Source: Flavobacteriales bacterium
GTDB taxonomy: Bacteria; Bacteroidota; Bacteroidia; Palsa-965
Length of the DNA stretch: 61,675 bases
Assembly (NCBI GenBank): GCA_040377305.1
Contig: JBEIPA010000030.1
Coordinates: forward strand, 1-61,675
Direction of reading: 5' to 3'
Both the position numbers and the translations under genes were made by a program. Every line of letters begins with the position of its first letter. Position 1 is the first letter of the stretch. Below, piece by piece: positions 50,800-59,318 of this stretch. Below the pieces are notes generated by a model, which saw only the letters and a list, made by a program, of their open reading frames with translations, was not told where the DNA came from and ran no database searches.

Positions 50800-50838
50800 C
50801 ACGTAGAACTACCTGATTCATAAATCACGTAGTTCTAC
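50800..50838. promoter_or_regulatory. Candidate response-regulator operator upstream of the RiPP precursor
   Basis: CACGTAGAACTAC (50800) and CACGTAGTTCTAC (50826); GTAGAACTAC and GTAGTTCTAC are reverse complements and each is quasi-palindromic. Confidence 0.55.
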
Positions 50839-50957
50839 TCTGTTATACCGTGCCTGTATAAATTTCCTTTGGGTAATCAAAGAAAGAAGCTTCTCATTGA
50901 TAACGGGGGATACCGAAAAGCCGTTTTAACAGAGTAGGTAAAAAAAACAAATCTATC

Positions 50958-51296
50958 ATGGGCTTAAACAAAACAAACGATTGTTGCTGGATTGTACTGG
51001 CAACTACAGGCTGTTCTACAGATGCAACTACTGCAAAATTATCTGCAGATGCAAAAGTGAACGCCGATTGCTGCTGGATTGTTCTTGGAACAACAGGTTG
51101 CAGCACAATTAACGTATCAGCTGCAGATTCGCTTCAGGCGAAAAATGCTGTTCCGGATGATTGTTGCTGGTATGTTGTCGCAACAACAGGATGTTCTGGC
51201 GACACTGTACAGAAGAATCTCGGTGCTGCTAAACCTGTTGCTGATGATTGCTGCTGGTACCTGCTTGCAACTACAGGTTGCACATTCAACCAGTAA
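50958..51296 (+). CDS. Multi-core RiPP (lanthipeptide-type) precursor with four DCCWxxxxTTGC[S/T] repeats
   Basis: Cores at 50979, 51066, 51159 and 51246; codons vary synonymously between repeats; in-frame TAA at 50901 limits N-terminal extension; directly upstream of modification genes. Confidence 0.88.
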   Translation: MGLNKTNDCCWIVLATTGCSTDATTAKLSADAKVNADCCWIVLGTTGCSTINVSAADSLQAKNAVPDDCCWYVVATTGCSGDTVQKNLGAAKPVADDCCWYLLATTGCTFNQ

Positions 51297-51304
51297 GCCA
51301 ACAA

Positions 51305-51345
51305 TAAGGGATGGAGAGTTGCGCTAACCAACTCTTCGTCCCTTA
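51305..51345 (+). promoter_or_regulatory. Stem-loop between precursor and modification genes
   Basis: TAAGGGATGGAGAGTTG / CAACTCTTCGTCCCTTA, 17-bp stem with two G:U pairs, no U-tract. Confidence 0.75.
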
Positions 51346-51359
51346 CAAAACCAAACGTC

Positions 51360-52472
51360 ATGAATCTATACACCGTTGATACCGCGCACTCACTTCTTCA
51401 GCAACAACAGCTCGTTGACGCTGAAGAAATCCTATTTGGAGATTACGAAGTCACCAGCACCAACCGGAGAAACAGGAACCTACAGGTGACCACACTTCAT
51501 AACGGTAATTTTCTGGTTAAGCAGGTCGCAGATAAAAAAGCAGAGAATGCGAAAACTGTTTGTACGGAAATCGCCCTATACCAGCATGTGAAAGAAAACC
51601 TTCCTCATCTTCACGCGTTGTTTCCTACGGTTCACTACACCAATATCGAAAATATTACTCTGGCGCTTGAATTTTACAAGGAAGCAACTCCGCTCTGGAA
51701 ATATTATAAAGAACGTACCATACATCAACTCCCTCTACGCACCATTAGCGCTGCAGGGAAACTGCTCGGAGAACTGCATCGTGTCTTTGCATACGACGGA
51801 ACCAACCCCGTTCCCTTTCTGACCACCGAGCTTCCGTTTGTGTTTAACCTGCACGAACCACACCCGCGCCTGCTGTCTTATTTACGTTCGGGAGGCTACC
51901 ACTTTATTGAGCAACTGCAGTCCGATGAAGCACTAATACACCTTTGGGATGTTGCGCGTGAAATGTGGCAGATCAATGCGCTCATTCACGGCGATGTAAA
52001 ACTCGACAACGTAATCGTTATTCCACGAGCCGGTGAAGAAGAAGCAACACACCTCAAACTTGTGGATTGGGAAATGGCTCAGTACGGCGACACAGCATGG
52101 GATGTTGCAGGTGCATTGCAGGATTTTATTTTCTGGTGGACCATCATGATGCCGAATGAAGATACCGCCGAAGCCATGATCAAAAAAGCCCCGTTTGGAT
52201 TTCAGGAACTGCAACCGGCGATAACCACTTACTGGCACTCGTACAGTGGCGTATCCGGCTTAAGCGACACGGCAAACGAAGAACTGCTGAGCAAGGCCAT
52301 TTTCTTTTCAGGCTTCAGGTGCATCCAGACTGCGTATGAAATTTCTTCAAAATTCGAACACGTTCCTCCCATCGCACAGGTGCTGTTCAATCTCGGAAAG
52401 AGTATTGTAAAAGATCCCGAAACCGCACGTCACAAACTTTTTGCCTTGTCACCTCAATTGTCAGTCCTATGA
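51360..52472 (+). CDS. APH-family phosphotransferase, LanK-like Ser/Thr kinase
   Basis: NRRNRN, FLVKQ, LIHGDVKLDN (catalytic loop), LVDWEMAQYGDTAWDVAG. Confidence 0.88.
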   Translation: MNLYTVDTAHSLLQQQQLVDAEEILFGDYEVTSTNRRNRNLQVTTLHNGNFLVKQVADKKAENAKTVCTEIALYQHVKENLPHLHALFPTVHYTNIENITLALEFYKEATPLWKYYKERTIHQLPLRTISAAGKLLGELHRVFAYDGTNPVPFLTTELPFVFNLHEPHPRLLSYLRSGGYHFIEQLQSDEALIHLWDVAREMWQINALIHGDVKLDNVIVIPRAGEEEATHLKLVDWEMAQYGDTAWDVAGALQDFIFWWTIMMPNEDTAEAMIKKAPFGFQELQPAITTYWHSYSGVSGLSDTANEELLSKAIFFSGFRCIQTAYEISSKFEHVPPIAQVLFNLGKSIVKDPETARHKLFALSPQLSVL

Positions 52473-53521
52473 TCAACCCTCAACTTCACCACGACATACG
52501 CCGGGTAATTGATGCCATCCGTTTCATTTCAGAAACCAGCTACAGCATCAATGGACTGAAGCGCGATATTGAAACCATCCGGATAAAAGATCCGCTCGGG
52601 AGTCTCAATGGGGCGACAACAGGTGCGGGCAAACTCAAAGAAAAATTCATAGCGGTACTGCTCACCGATATCTACAACAATTTATACACGGCAGATCACA
52701 GCGCGCCTCCAACCCTTGGATCGTACCTGCACAATGAATTTATTACAGAAGTTTCTGAAGGCAATAATGGAACAGGAAGCTGGGAAGAAGGATGGACACT
52801 GATCGGGCCCTCAAAACGCACAGGTAAGCTAATCGTCCGAAAAAATAATATGAAGTTCTGGGTGGAAGAAGAAAGAGTACGCGCTGAGAATTCAACAGGC
52901 GCAGAAACTACATATAGTGTGAAAGTGGAAAAAGAAACACGCTTCCTGAATTCGCACTTTTATTACGCATATGGTGACACCCATAAGACGGAAGTTACCG
53001 GTTACGCGGATCGCCCCTTGCGTTTTTACTGGAATCTCACACCACAGGGAGCTATTAACTATATCGCTTCCCTGACGAGAGAACTGAACAAACGAAAAAT
53101 TGCATTCAGAACAAAAATACTTTCCAGTCCCGCCGACTATTCGAGAACCGATTCCGGTGTACTCTATATTGATTCTTCCCAACTGGAGAGCGTGCTTCCG
53201 GCGATTGAAGCAGTATACGCCGATCTCCGGCCATTACTGAAATCATCTGTACCATTGTTTGTAAAACAGGTTTACCCTGGTGTGGGTTTTGCGGAAGATC
53301 CACGAAACGGTATGAGTTTCGGAATCAGCAGATCCTCTCTTATCGGCAATACGTTGTTCAGTTGCTTTGAGAAACAAATCACCGATCCTCAAATGATAGA
53401 AGGTGAAATGGTCTGCTCATTTATACAGGCAGGAATTTCAACATCGCACCCATATGCACAGGTGACAAAAATAAATGAGTACGAATCTATACTTCAAAAA
53501 CTGAACCCGTCATGGAACTAA
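52469..53521 (+). CDS. HopA1-domain protein, LanY-like phospho-Ser/Thr lyase
   Basis: N.G.G.WEEGW, RFYWNL, YSRTDSGVLY, PLFVK...GVGFAEDP...SFGISR; overlaps both neighbours. Confidence 0.82.
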   Translation: MINPQLHHDIRRVIDAIRFISETSYSINGLKRDIETIRIKDPLGSLNGATTGAGKLKEKFIAVLLTDIYNNLYTADHSAPPTLGSYLHNEFITEVSEGNNGTGSWEEGWTLIGPSKRTGKLIVRKNNMKFWVEEERVRAENSTGAETTYSVKVEKETRFLNSHFYYAYGDTHKTEVTGYADRPLRFYWNLTPQGAINYIASLTRELNKRKIAFRTKILSSPADYSRTDSGVLYIDSSQLESVLPAIEAVYADLRPLLKSSVPLFVKQVYPGVGFAEDPRNGMSFGISRSSLIGNTLFSCFEKQITDPQMIEGEMVCSFIQAGISTSHPYAQVTKINEYESILQKLNPSWN

Positions 53522-54816
53522 CGCAAACGATTTCAACCGTTGCAACCGATCTTTTTCTGGATGCCTCCATCCGCATAGGAGATGATCTTATAAAGACAGC
53601 GCACTGGGATAAAACAAGAACATATTGTAACTGGTTAGGGAGAAGAGATATCCTCGATCCGGAAATTGCACCTTACTCCGAAAGAACATCTGCAATGAGT
53701 CCTGAATTCTACAGCGGTTCTTCCGGCATTTCGTTTTTTCTCATGGAATTATACGGCGTTACGCTGAACCCTGCATACAGGAAAACTGCGCTTGCCGCCT
53801 GGTTGCGCTCAGTGGAATATTTACGTCGCAATGATTTTCCGGCTTCACCCATTTCCTTTTACGCAGGAGATCTTGGCCTGCTTTATATTGCACACCGGTT
53901 TACCGAAATTGACCCTTCACTTGCTGAACGGATGCAGGACGACATGGCTTACCTACTGAAGAAAACAGTATGCGGTCTTTCAGTAAACCATTCACTCGAC
54001 GTAATCGGTGGTAATGCAGGTGCAATTGCTCCTTTGTTCCGTCTTGCCGAAAAACACGGCTTGCGTGAGTGCGCACAAACTGCAATCGACTGCGCCGACG
54101 AAATCGTTAATCTAGCCGAATGGAAAGATGATATATGCTTCTGGGCTTCACCGAAAATTCACGGTGTTGAATTGGACAAGCCTCCACTCACCGGGTATTC
54201 CCACGGCTGTTCGGGAATTGCCAACGGATTGCTGGAAGCTTTTAAAGCAACCGGTGATGAGCGTTACCTCCACCATGCGCGCGGCGCATTTGCATTTGAA
54301 CATGCATTGTTTAACGATGATGAAAATAACTGGATCGACACACGCTACCCGCATGTGAAACGAAACGGTAAAATCACCGGCACATTCCGCTCTGCTTGGT
54401 GTCATGGTGCTCCGGGAAATGCGCTGGCACACATGAATGCCGCCACCATTGATGATGCACGGAAAGAATTTCACCTCGACATGGCAAAGCGTGCCATCAG
54501 CACCACACAAAAACAATTGATGGAGAAAATGGAGTATCCGGAAAAAGACGCCACACTTTGTCATGGAGTTCTGGGACTTTCCGATATTCTCTTCACCTGC
54601 GGAAACTACATGAATGATTCCGAAAGCCGCGAAATGGCAATTTTCATTTCTGAAAAATACCTGCGCCTGTTTCCTGTTGTGCGGAATATGCCGTCAGGAA
54701 TTGTCGCGGGTGGATTCAGTCCTTCATTACTCACAGGTTCTGCAGGAATCGGATTGCACTACCTGAGACTCGCATCGGAAAATCCGATACCATCTGTGCT
54801 GATGATTACGAAGTGA
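53512..54816 (+). CDS. lanC: Stand-alone LanC-like lanthionine cyclase
   Basis: Seven GxxG loops; GYSHG, AWCHG and LCHG match the NisC catalytic His and Zn ligands. Confidence 0.9.
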   Translation: MELTQTISTVATDLFLDASIRIGDDLIKTAHWDKTRTYCNWLGRRDILDPEIAPYSERTSAMSPEFYSGSSGISFFLMELYGVTLNPAYRKTALAAWLRSVEYLRRNDFPASPISFYAGDLGLLYIAHRFTEIDPSLAERMQDDMAYLLKKTVCGLSVNHSLDVIGGNAGAIAPLFRLAEKHGLRECAQTAIDCADEIVNLAEWKDDICFWASPKIHGVELDKPPLTGYSHGCSGIANGLLEAFKATGDERYLHHARGAFAFEHALFNDDENNWIDTRYPHVKRNGKITGTFRSAWCHGAPGNALAHMNAATIDDARKEFHLDMAKRAISTTQKQLMEKMEYPEKDATLCHGVLGLSDILFTCGNYMNDSESREMAIFISEKYLRLFPVVRNMPSGIVAGGFSPSLLTGSAGIGLHYLRLASENPIPSVLMITK

Positions 54817-54983
54817 TCTGTCGTTTACCTGTTGCTCTCGCGCACACCCCTTACTTCACGCGCGTTGATCATTGATGATAACTGCACCGCTAATATATCC
54901 GAACCCATATTATCAAGTTCCAATTGACCATTGACACAGCGCACGCGATAGTAGTAATTCTGCGCCACGATACGGTATAAACC

Positions 54984-55016
54984 AAAAAAGAGGCTATCAC
55001 TTATGACAGCCTCTTT
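54984..55016 (-). terminator. Intrinsic terminator for the 55038-58457 gene
   Basis: AAAAAAGAGGCTATCA-CTTA-TGACAGCCTCTTT. Confidence 0.75.
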
Positions 55017-55037
55017 GCGTTTGCCGCCTGGCTCTCT

Positions 55038-58000
55038 TTACATTTTTACAACACGATGCATGCCTGTATTTCCATTCGCAGTAATGCAGATGAAATAAAC
55101 ACCAACCGGCTCGTTCGTCAGATCAAGCGTAATGGTTTGTACCTGTTGTTTTTTTTCGCTTTGGATCAATTTTCCGTCAACGGAATAAATTTCAACGATC
55201 ACATCACTGTTTAATTCAGCAGTTGTGGTGATGTTGATTGCGCCGTTTGTTGGATTCGGGAACAGGTTCCACGATGTTGCAGTAGCTGCCTCAAAGCCCA
55301 TGCAGCCATCTACAAGGATGCTGTCGGTTGTGCTTCCGGTGCATCCGTTTATATCCGTGAATGTGTAAGTGATGTAATGCAGCCCTGTTCCGGCAGCAAA
55401 CGGATCGAATGTATTTCCGGAAACCGCAGTACCGCTGAAGGTTCCGCCCGATGGTGGTTCTCCGGAAAGATTAATTAATCCCGGGAAATCTCCGCACACA
55501 GTATCTATTGGCAATGCAAGTGTAACTGTTGGTGCGCCCGGATCATTGACAGAAGCGGTTGCGGTAGCTGTACATCCGTTTGCATCGGTAACGGTAACGC
55601 TGTAAGAGCCTGCACCAATTGCAGTGAGATCTTCGGTTACATCGCTGTTGCTCCAGAGGAATGAATAAACCATTGTTCCTCCTGTTACATCAATATCAAT
55701 AGATCCGTCTGTTCCGCTGCAGGTTGTCGGATTCACTGCATTGATGACTGAAGCAGACAGAACAGCTGGTTCGGCAACAGTAATTAACGTTGTGCTCGTA
55801 CAACCGTTAACATCCGTCACCGTGTAGGAATACGTTCCGGCAATTTCTGTAAATGTTCCTTCGCCGGTGTATGGTGCGGTTCCGCCAGCGCCCGTTACGG
55901 TTACTGTTGCTGCTCCACCGTTGCAAAGAATCGCTGTTGCGGATGAAGCCGCTGTAAGTGCTGTTGGTTCTGTAATGGTGATTGTCGTTGTGCTCGTACA
56001 ACCGTTAACATCCGTCACCGTGTAGGAATACGTTCCGGCAATTTCTGTAAATGTTCCTTCGCCGGTGTATGGTGCGGTTCCGCCAGCGCCCGTTACGGTT
56101 ACTGTTGCAGTTCCACCGTTGCAAAGAATCGCTGTTGACGATGAAGCAGACGTGAGCGCTGTTGGTTCTGTAACCGTGATCGACGTTGTGCTCGTGCAAC
56201 CGTTTGCGTCCGTAACAGGATATGAATAGTTCCCTGCGGTTACTGTAAATGTTCCCGCGCCTGAGTAAGGTGAAGTTCCTCCGGAGCCAGTCACCATCAC
56301 TGTTGCAGTTCCACCGTTACAAAGAATCGCTGTTGACGATGATGCAGATGTAAGCACTGTTGGTTCTGTTACGGTGATTGACGTTGTGGTTGTACAACCG
56401 TTCGCATCTGTCACAGGATATGAATAGTTACCTGCAGTTACTGTAAATGTTCCCGCGCCTGAGTAAGGTGAAGTGCCTCCGGAACCAGTCACCGTCACTG
56501 TTGCAGTTCCACCGTTGCAGGTAATGGACGTTGCCGAAGAAGATGAAGTCAGCACCGGCGGTTGTGTAATAGTAGCTGAAGCGGTGGTGGTACAGCCATT
56601 CACATCAGCGATGGTTACACTGTACGTTCCCGGTGCAAGGCCATTGATATCTTCGGTGGTTGCGCTGTTTGACCAGCTATAACTGTAACCGCCGGCACCA
56701 CCCGACATGGTCATGTTGATGGCTCCGTTCGAATTACCATTGCAGGAAACATTCGTAGCTGTAATGGCCGCGTAAAGAGGTGCAGGTGGCATGACCATTA
56801 CATTAGCCGTTGCAGAACATCCGGCCACGTCAGTTACTGTATAAGTGTACGCACCCATGCAGACTCCAGTGGCAATTTGCGTGATCATGCCATTGCTCCA
56901 TTGATAAGTATACGGACCGCTCCCACCGGAAACGACCGCAGTGAGTTGTCCGTCACACATCCCGTCGCAGGAGATAGGGAAACCATTGTAGTTGGAGGTA
57001 ATTGTTGCTGATGCGGTTAATGGTGCGGGTTGTGTTATGGTAAATGACCGGGAAGAAACACATCCGTTCGCGTCAGTCACGGTGCAATAATAGGTACCGG
57101 GTCCGATTGGTGTTGAAGTAGCTCCGTTACCGCCTGAAGGTGACCAGGAATAGGTGTAAGGTGCAGTTCCTCCTGTTGGAGTCATGGTCGCAGTGGTGGT
57201 TCCGCCGGTGCAAGGAAATGGGGCAACTGTTACGGAAGAAGAGAGTGTTGACGCATAGCTTACGGAGAACTGGGAACTGGAAGCGGTACACCCATTTGCA
57301 TCGGTAACTGTAACCGCATACGTGCCGGGATAAAGACCACTGATATCTTCGGTGGTATAACCGAATGACCAATCGTACGAGAACGGTCCGGTACCTCCTG
57401 TTACGGTAAGATTAATTGCTCCATCATTTGAGCTGCTGCAGGAAATGTGCGTAACGACAGCGGAAAATGAAATGGGTGCAGGCTGCGTAATGGTAACTGT
57501 TGCAACCGATGAAGCACATCCGTTGGAGACGGTGCAAGAGTATGTTCCTGCAGCAAGTCCTGTTGCAGTGGCACTACTTCCGCCTATTGGTGCCCAGCTA
57601 TACGTGAATGGACCAACACCGGTTGCTGTAACTGTTGCAGAACCATTGTTGCCTCCGTTGCACGAAATATGCGTAGTTGCAGAAATGCTGGTGGGGATCG
57701 CAGGTGTTGCCGATGATCCGGAAGTGACTCCGCCTGGAGCAAGCCAGTTGGAGTAGGTTCCGTTGAGCGCAAAGTTCTGAAGCGTACCGTTGCGGTTATT
57801 TCCACTTGCATCGGTAAGTGTGGTGATTCCCGCGTTGTTTGCTGCGGCAACGCCTTGATTGAAATGATAATCGGCTACAAGTCCATTGGAGAATGCAGGG
57901 GCTTCTCCCGTCATGCAACTGGTGATCTCCGATATGCAGAGCGCGCGGTTCCATATGCGCACCTCATCAATGCTTCCCAGGAAATGTTCTGGCCATGCTG

Positions 58001-58457
58001 CATCGGAGTGTCCGCCGATAGTGAACGGAAGTCCGGTGGAGCTGGTTTGCATTCCAAGTGCAACCGTTCCCACGTTCATACCGTTGAGATAAAAGACAGC
58101 ATTCGTTGAGCTCATCACGACAGCGAGGTGATACCATGTATTCGGGTTGATGTTCACAGGTAAAGCACTAAATGAAGCGCCGTTATAAAATCCGAGTTCG
58201 TTGTTATATTCATTCGTGTGAATGCTCCAGCGGGCGCCTGATGTATTGGTGCGCATAGCCAGCACGCAGGTATTCCCGAATGAAACATCGGAATTGAACC
58301 AACACTCCGCAGTGCCGGTTGTGAAATCAAATGCAGGATCTACGGGAATGCTCACGATATCATCGATGCCGTCGAAGTGGAGCGCAGCACCTGATTGTGC
58401 AACGCCCGGCAAACAAAGAGTTAGGGGCAGAAATAGTGTGATCAGTTTTTTTATCAT
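55038..58457 (-). CDS. T9SS-secreted adhesin-like protein: LamG domain plus SprB-like repeats
   Basis: ALHFDGIDD...WYHLAVV...GSIDEVRIWNRAL; many GGT.PY.Y.W...GTY..TVTDANGC repeats; LFPNPT...HRVVKM. Confidence 0.9.
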   Translation of the reverse strand: MIKKLITLFLPLTLCLPGVAQSGAALHFDGIDDIVSIPVDPAFDFTTGTAECWFNSDVSFGNTCVLAMRTNTSGARWSIHTNEYNNELGFYNGASFSALPVNINPNTWYHLAVVMSSTNAVFYLNGMNVGTVALGMQTSSTGLPFTIGGHSDAAWPEHFLGSIDEVRIWNRALCISEITSCMTGEAPAFSNGLVADYHFNQGVAAANNAGITTLTDASGNNRNGTLQNFALNGTYSNWLAPGGVTSGSSATPAIPTSISATTHISCNGGNNGSATVTATGVGPFTYSWAPIGGSSATATGLAAGTYSCTVSNGCASSVATVTITQPAPISFSAVVTHISCSSSNDGAINLTVTGGTGPFSYDWSFGYTTEDISGLYPGTYAVTVTDANGCTASSSQFSVSYASTLSSSVTVAPFPCTGGTTTATMTPTGGTAPYTYSWSPSGGNGATSTPIGPGTYYCTVTDANGCVSSRSFTITQPAPLTASATITSNYNGFPISCDGMCDGQLTAVVSGGSGPYTYQWSNGMITQIATGVCMGAYTYTVTDVAGCSATANVMVMPPAPLYAAITATNVSCNGNSNGAINMTMSGGAGGYSYSWSNSATTEDINGLAPGTYSVTIADVNGCTTTASATITQPPVLTSSSSATSITCNGGTATVTVTGSGGTSPYSGAGTFTVTAGNYSYPVTDANGCTTTTSITVTEPTVLTSASSSTAILCNGGTATVMVTGSGGTSPYSGAGTFTVTAGNYSYPVTDANGCTSTTSITVTEPTALTSASSSTAILCNGGTATVTVTGAGGTAPYTGEGTFTEIAGTYSYTVTDVNGCTSTTTITITEPTALTAASSATAILCNGGAATVTVTGAGGTAPYTGEGTFTEIAGTYSYTVTDVNGCTSTTLITVAEPAVLSASVINAVNPTTCSGTDGSIDIDVTGGTMVYSFLWSNSDVTEDLTAIGAGSYSVTVTDANGCTATATASVNDPGAPTVTLALPIDTVCGDFPGLINLSGEPPSGGTFSGTAVSGNTFDPFAAGTGLHYITYTFTDINGCTGSTTDSILVDGCMGFEAATATSWNLFPNPTNGAINITTTAELNSDVIVEIYSVDGKLIQSEKKQQVQTITLDLTNEPVGVYFICITANGNTGMHRVVKM
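55770..56560 (-). repeat. Four 198-bp intragenic tandem units in an A-A'-B-B' pattern (boundaries approximate)
   Basis: Near-identical blocks at 55791/55989 and 56221/56419, 198-bp period. Confidence 0.85.
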
Positions 58458-58530
58458 GGCATGAAGAATTTAGGTGATGCTTTCTGATACAAAAGAAAGG
58501 ATCAATAACGCCGACTTTGAAAAACGGGGG

Positions 58531-58560
58531 TGAACTGCACAACTTTGTAGCTGAACGGCA
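58531..58560 (-). promoter_or_regulatory. LytTR-type direct repeat upstream of the LamG/SprB gene
   Basis: Minus strand TGCCGTTCA and TGCAGTTCA, 21-bp spacing. Confidence 0.65.
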
Positions 58561-58637
58561 GTTGCATCTGAAAAAGGAACGCGAAATAAAACCCCACCTG
58601 TGGAGATGCGGTTTGTGAATTAATCAGCTGGTTTCAC

Positions 58638-59318
58638 TTACAGCTTGATCTGGTTGCCGCGAGATACGGGAATTTCAACTTCGCCAATGAAAACAGATTT
58701 CGAAGTTGCTTTGGTGATCTTCGTAATATTCACGACGGCCGAACGGTGTGTGCGATGAAACATTCCGCTGGGCGTGTGCTCGACCAACCAGTCGAGTGTG
58801 TAACGCAGGGTGTATTTTTTTGACGTGGTGTAAAGGTCAATGTAATTGTCATTGCTTTTGGCGTAGAGAATTTCATCGGCAGACAATTTCACCACGCTGT
58901 ATCCGTCTTTGAAGGAGAGATATTTTTCACTGTGCCTTTCTGCATTTTCTTCCACGAGGCGTATCGCCGCAAATACATCGGGTTGTTTGAATGGTTTGGT
59001 AATATAACCAGCCGGTTTTGTGCCGAGCGCTCTACTGATGATTTCCTTATCGGATTGTGCCGTGATATAGATGAAGGGAATTTTATACTCCTGGTTGATC
59101 CGTTCTGCGATCTGGATACCTTCCAGTTCTTCTTTCATGCGGATATCGAGTAATACCAGTTCAGGATGAAATTCCTCCAGCTGGATCATGGCCTGTCGTT
59201 TGTTGTGTGCCAGCGCAAGGTTCTGGTAACCGAGTCCGTTCAGTACATCTTTTAAATATTCTGCAATCAATACTTCGTCTTCTACGATGAGAATCTTAAA
59301 GGGGCTGTTTATTGGCAT
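58638..59318 (-). CDS. LytTR family response regulator
   Basis: IVEDE, LLDIRM, YITKPF, FHRTHRSAVVN. Confidence 0.93.
   Translation of the reverse strand: MPINSPFKILIVEDEVLIAEYLKDVLNGLGYQNLALAHNKRQAMIQLEEFHPELVLLDIRMKEELEGIQIAERINQEYKIPFIYITAQSDKEIISRALGTKPAGYITKPFKQPDVFAAIRLVEENAERHSEKYLSFKDGYSVVKLSADEILYAKSNDNYIDLYTTSKKYTLRYTLDWLVEHTPSGMFHRTHRSAVVNITKITKATSKSVFIGEVEIPVSRGNQIKL

Noticed and set aside
50979-51284. Four ~39-bp repeats with 48-54-bp spacers as a CRISPR array
   Set aside because: Repeats vary at synonymous positions, all periods are multiples of 3 within one ORF, and no cas genes are present; this is a coding repeat
50894-51373. Antisense and alternate-frame ORFs (50894-51106, 51079-51327, 51134-51373)
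   Set aside because: Shadows of the precursor repeat; the 50958 frame is co-oriented with the enzymes and carries the Cys/Thr cores
51360-52472. Aminoglycoside resistance gene
   Set aside because: APH fold, but coupling to HopA1-like and LanC genes indicates a peptide kinase
52469-53521. Type III secretion effector HopA1
   Set aside because: No T3SS genes; the domain in this context is the RiPP lyase
54824-54980. Short minus-strand open frame (LYRIVAQNYYYRVRC...) after lanC
   Set aside because: No convincing start or recognisable homology; could be a remnant but is unsupported
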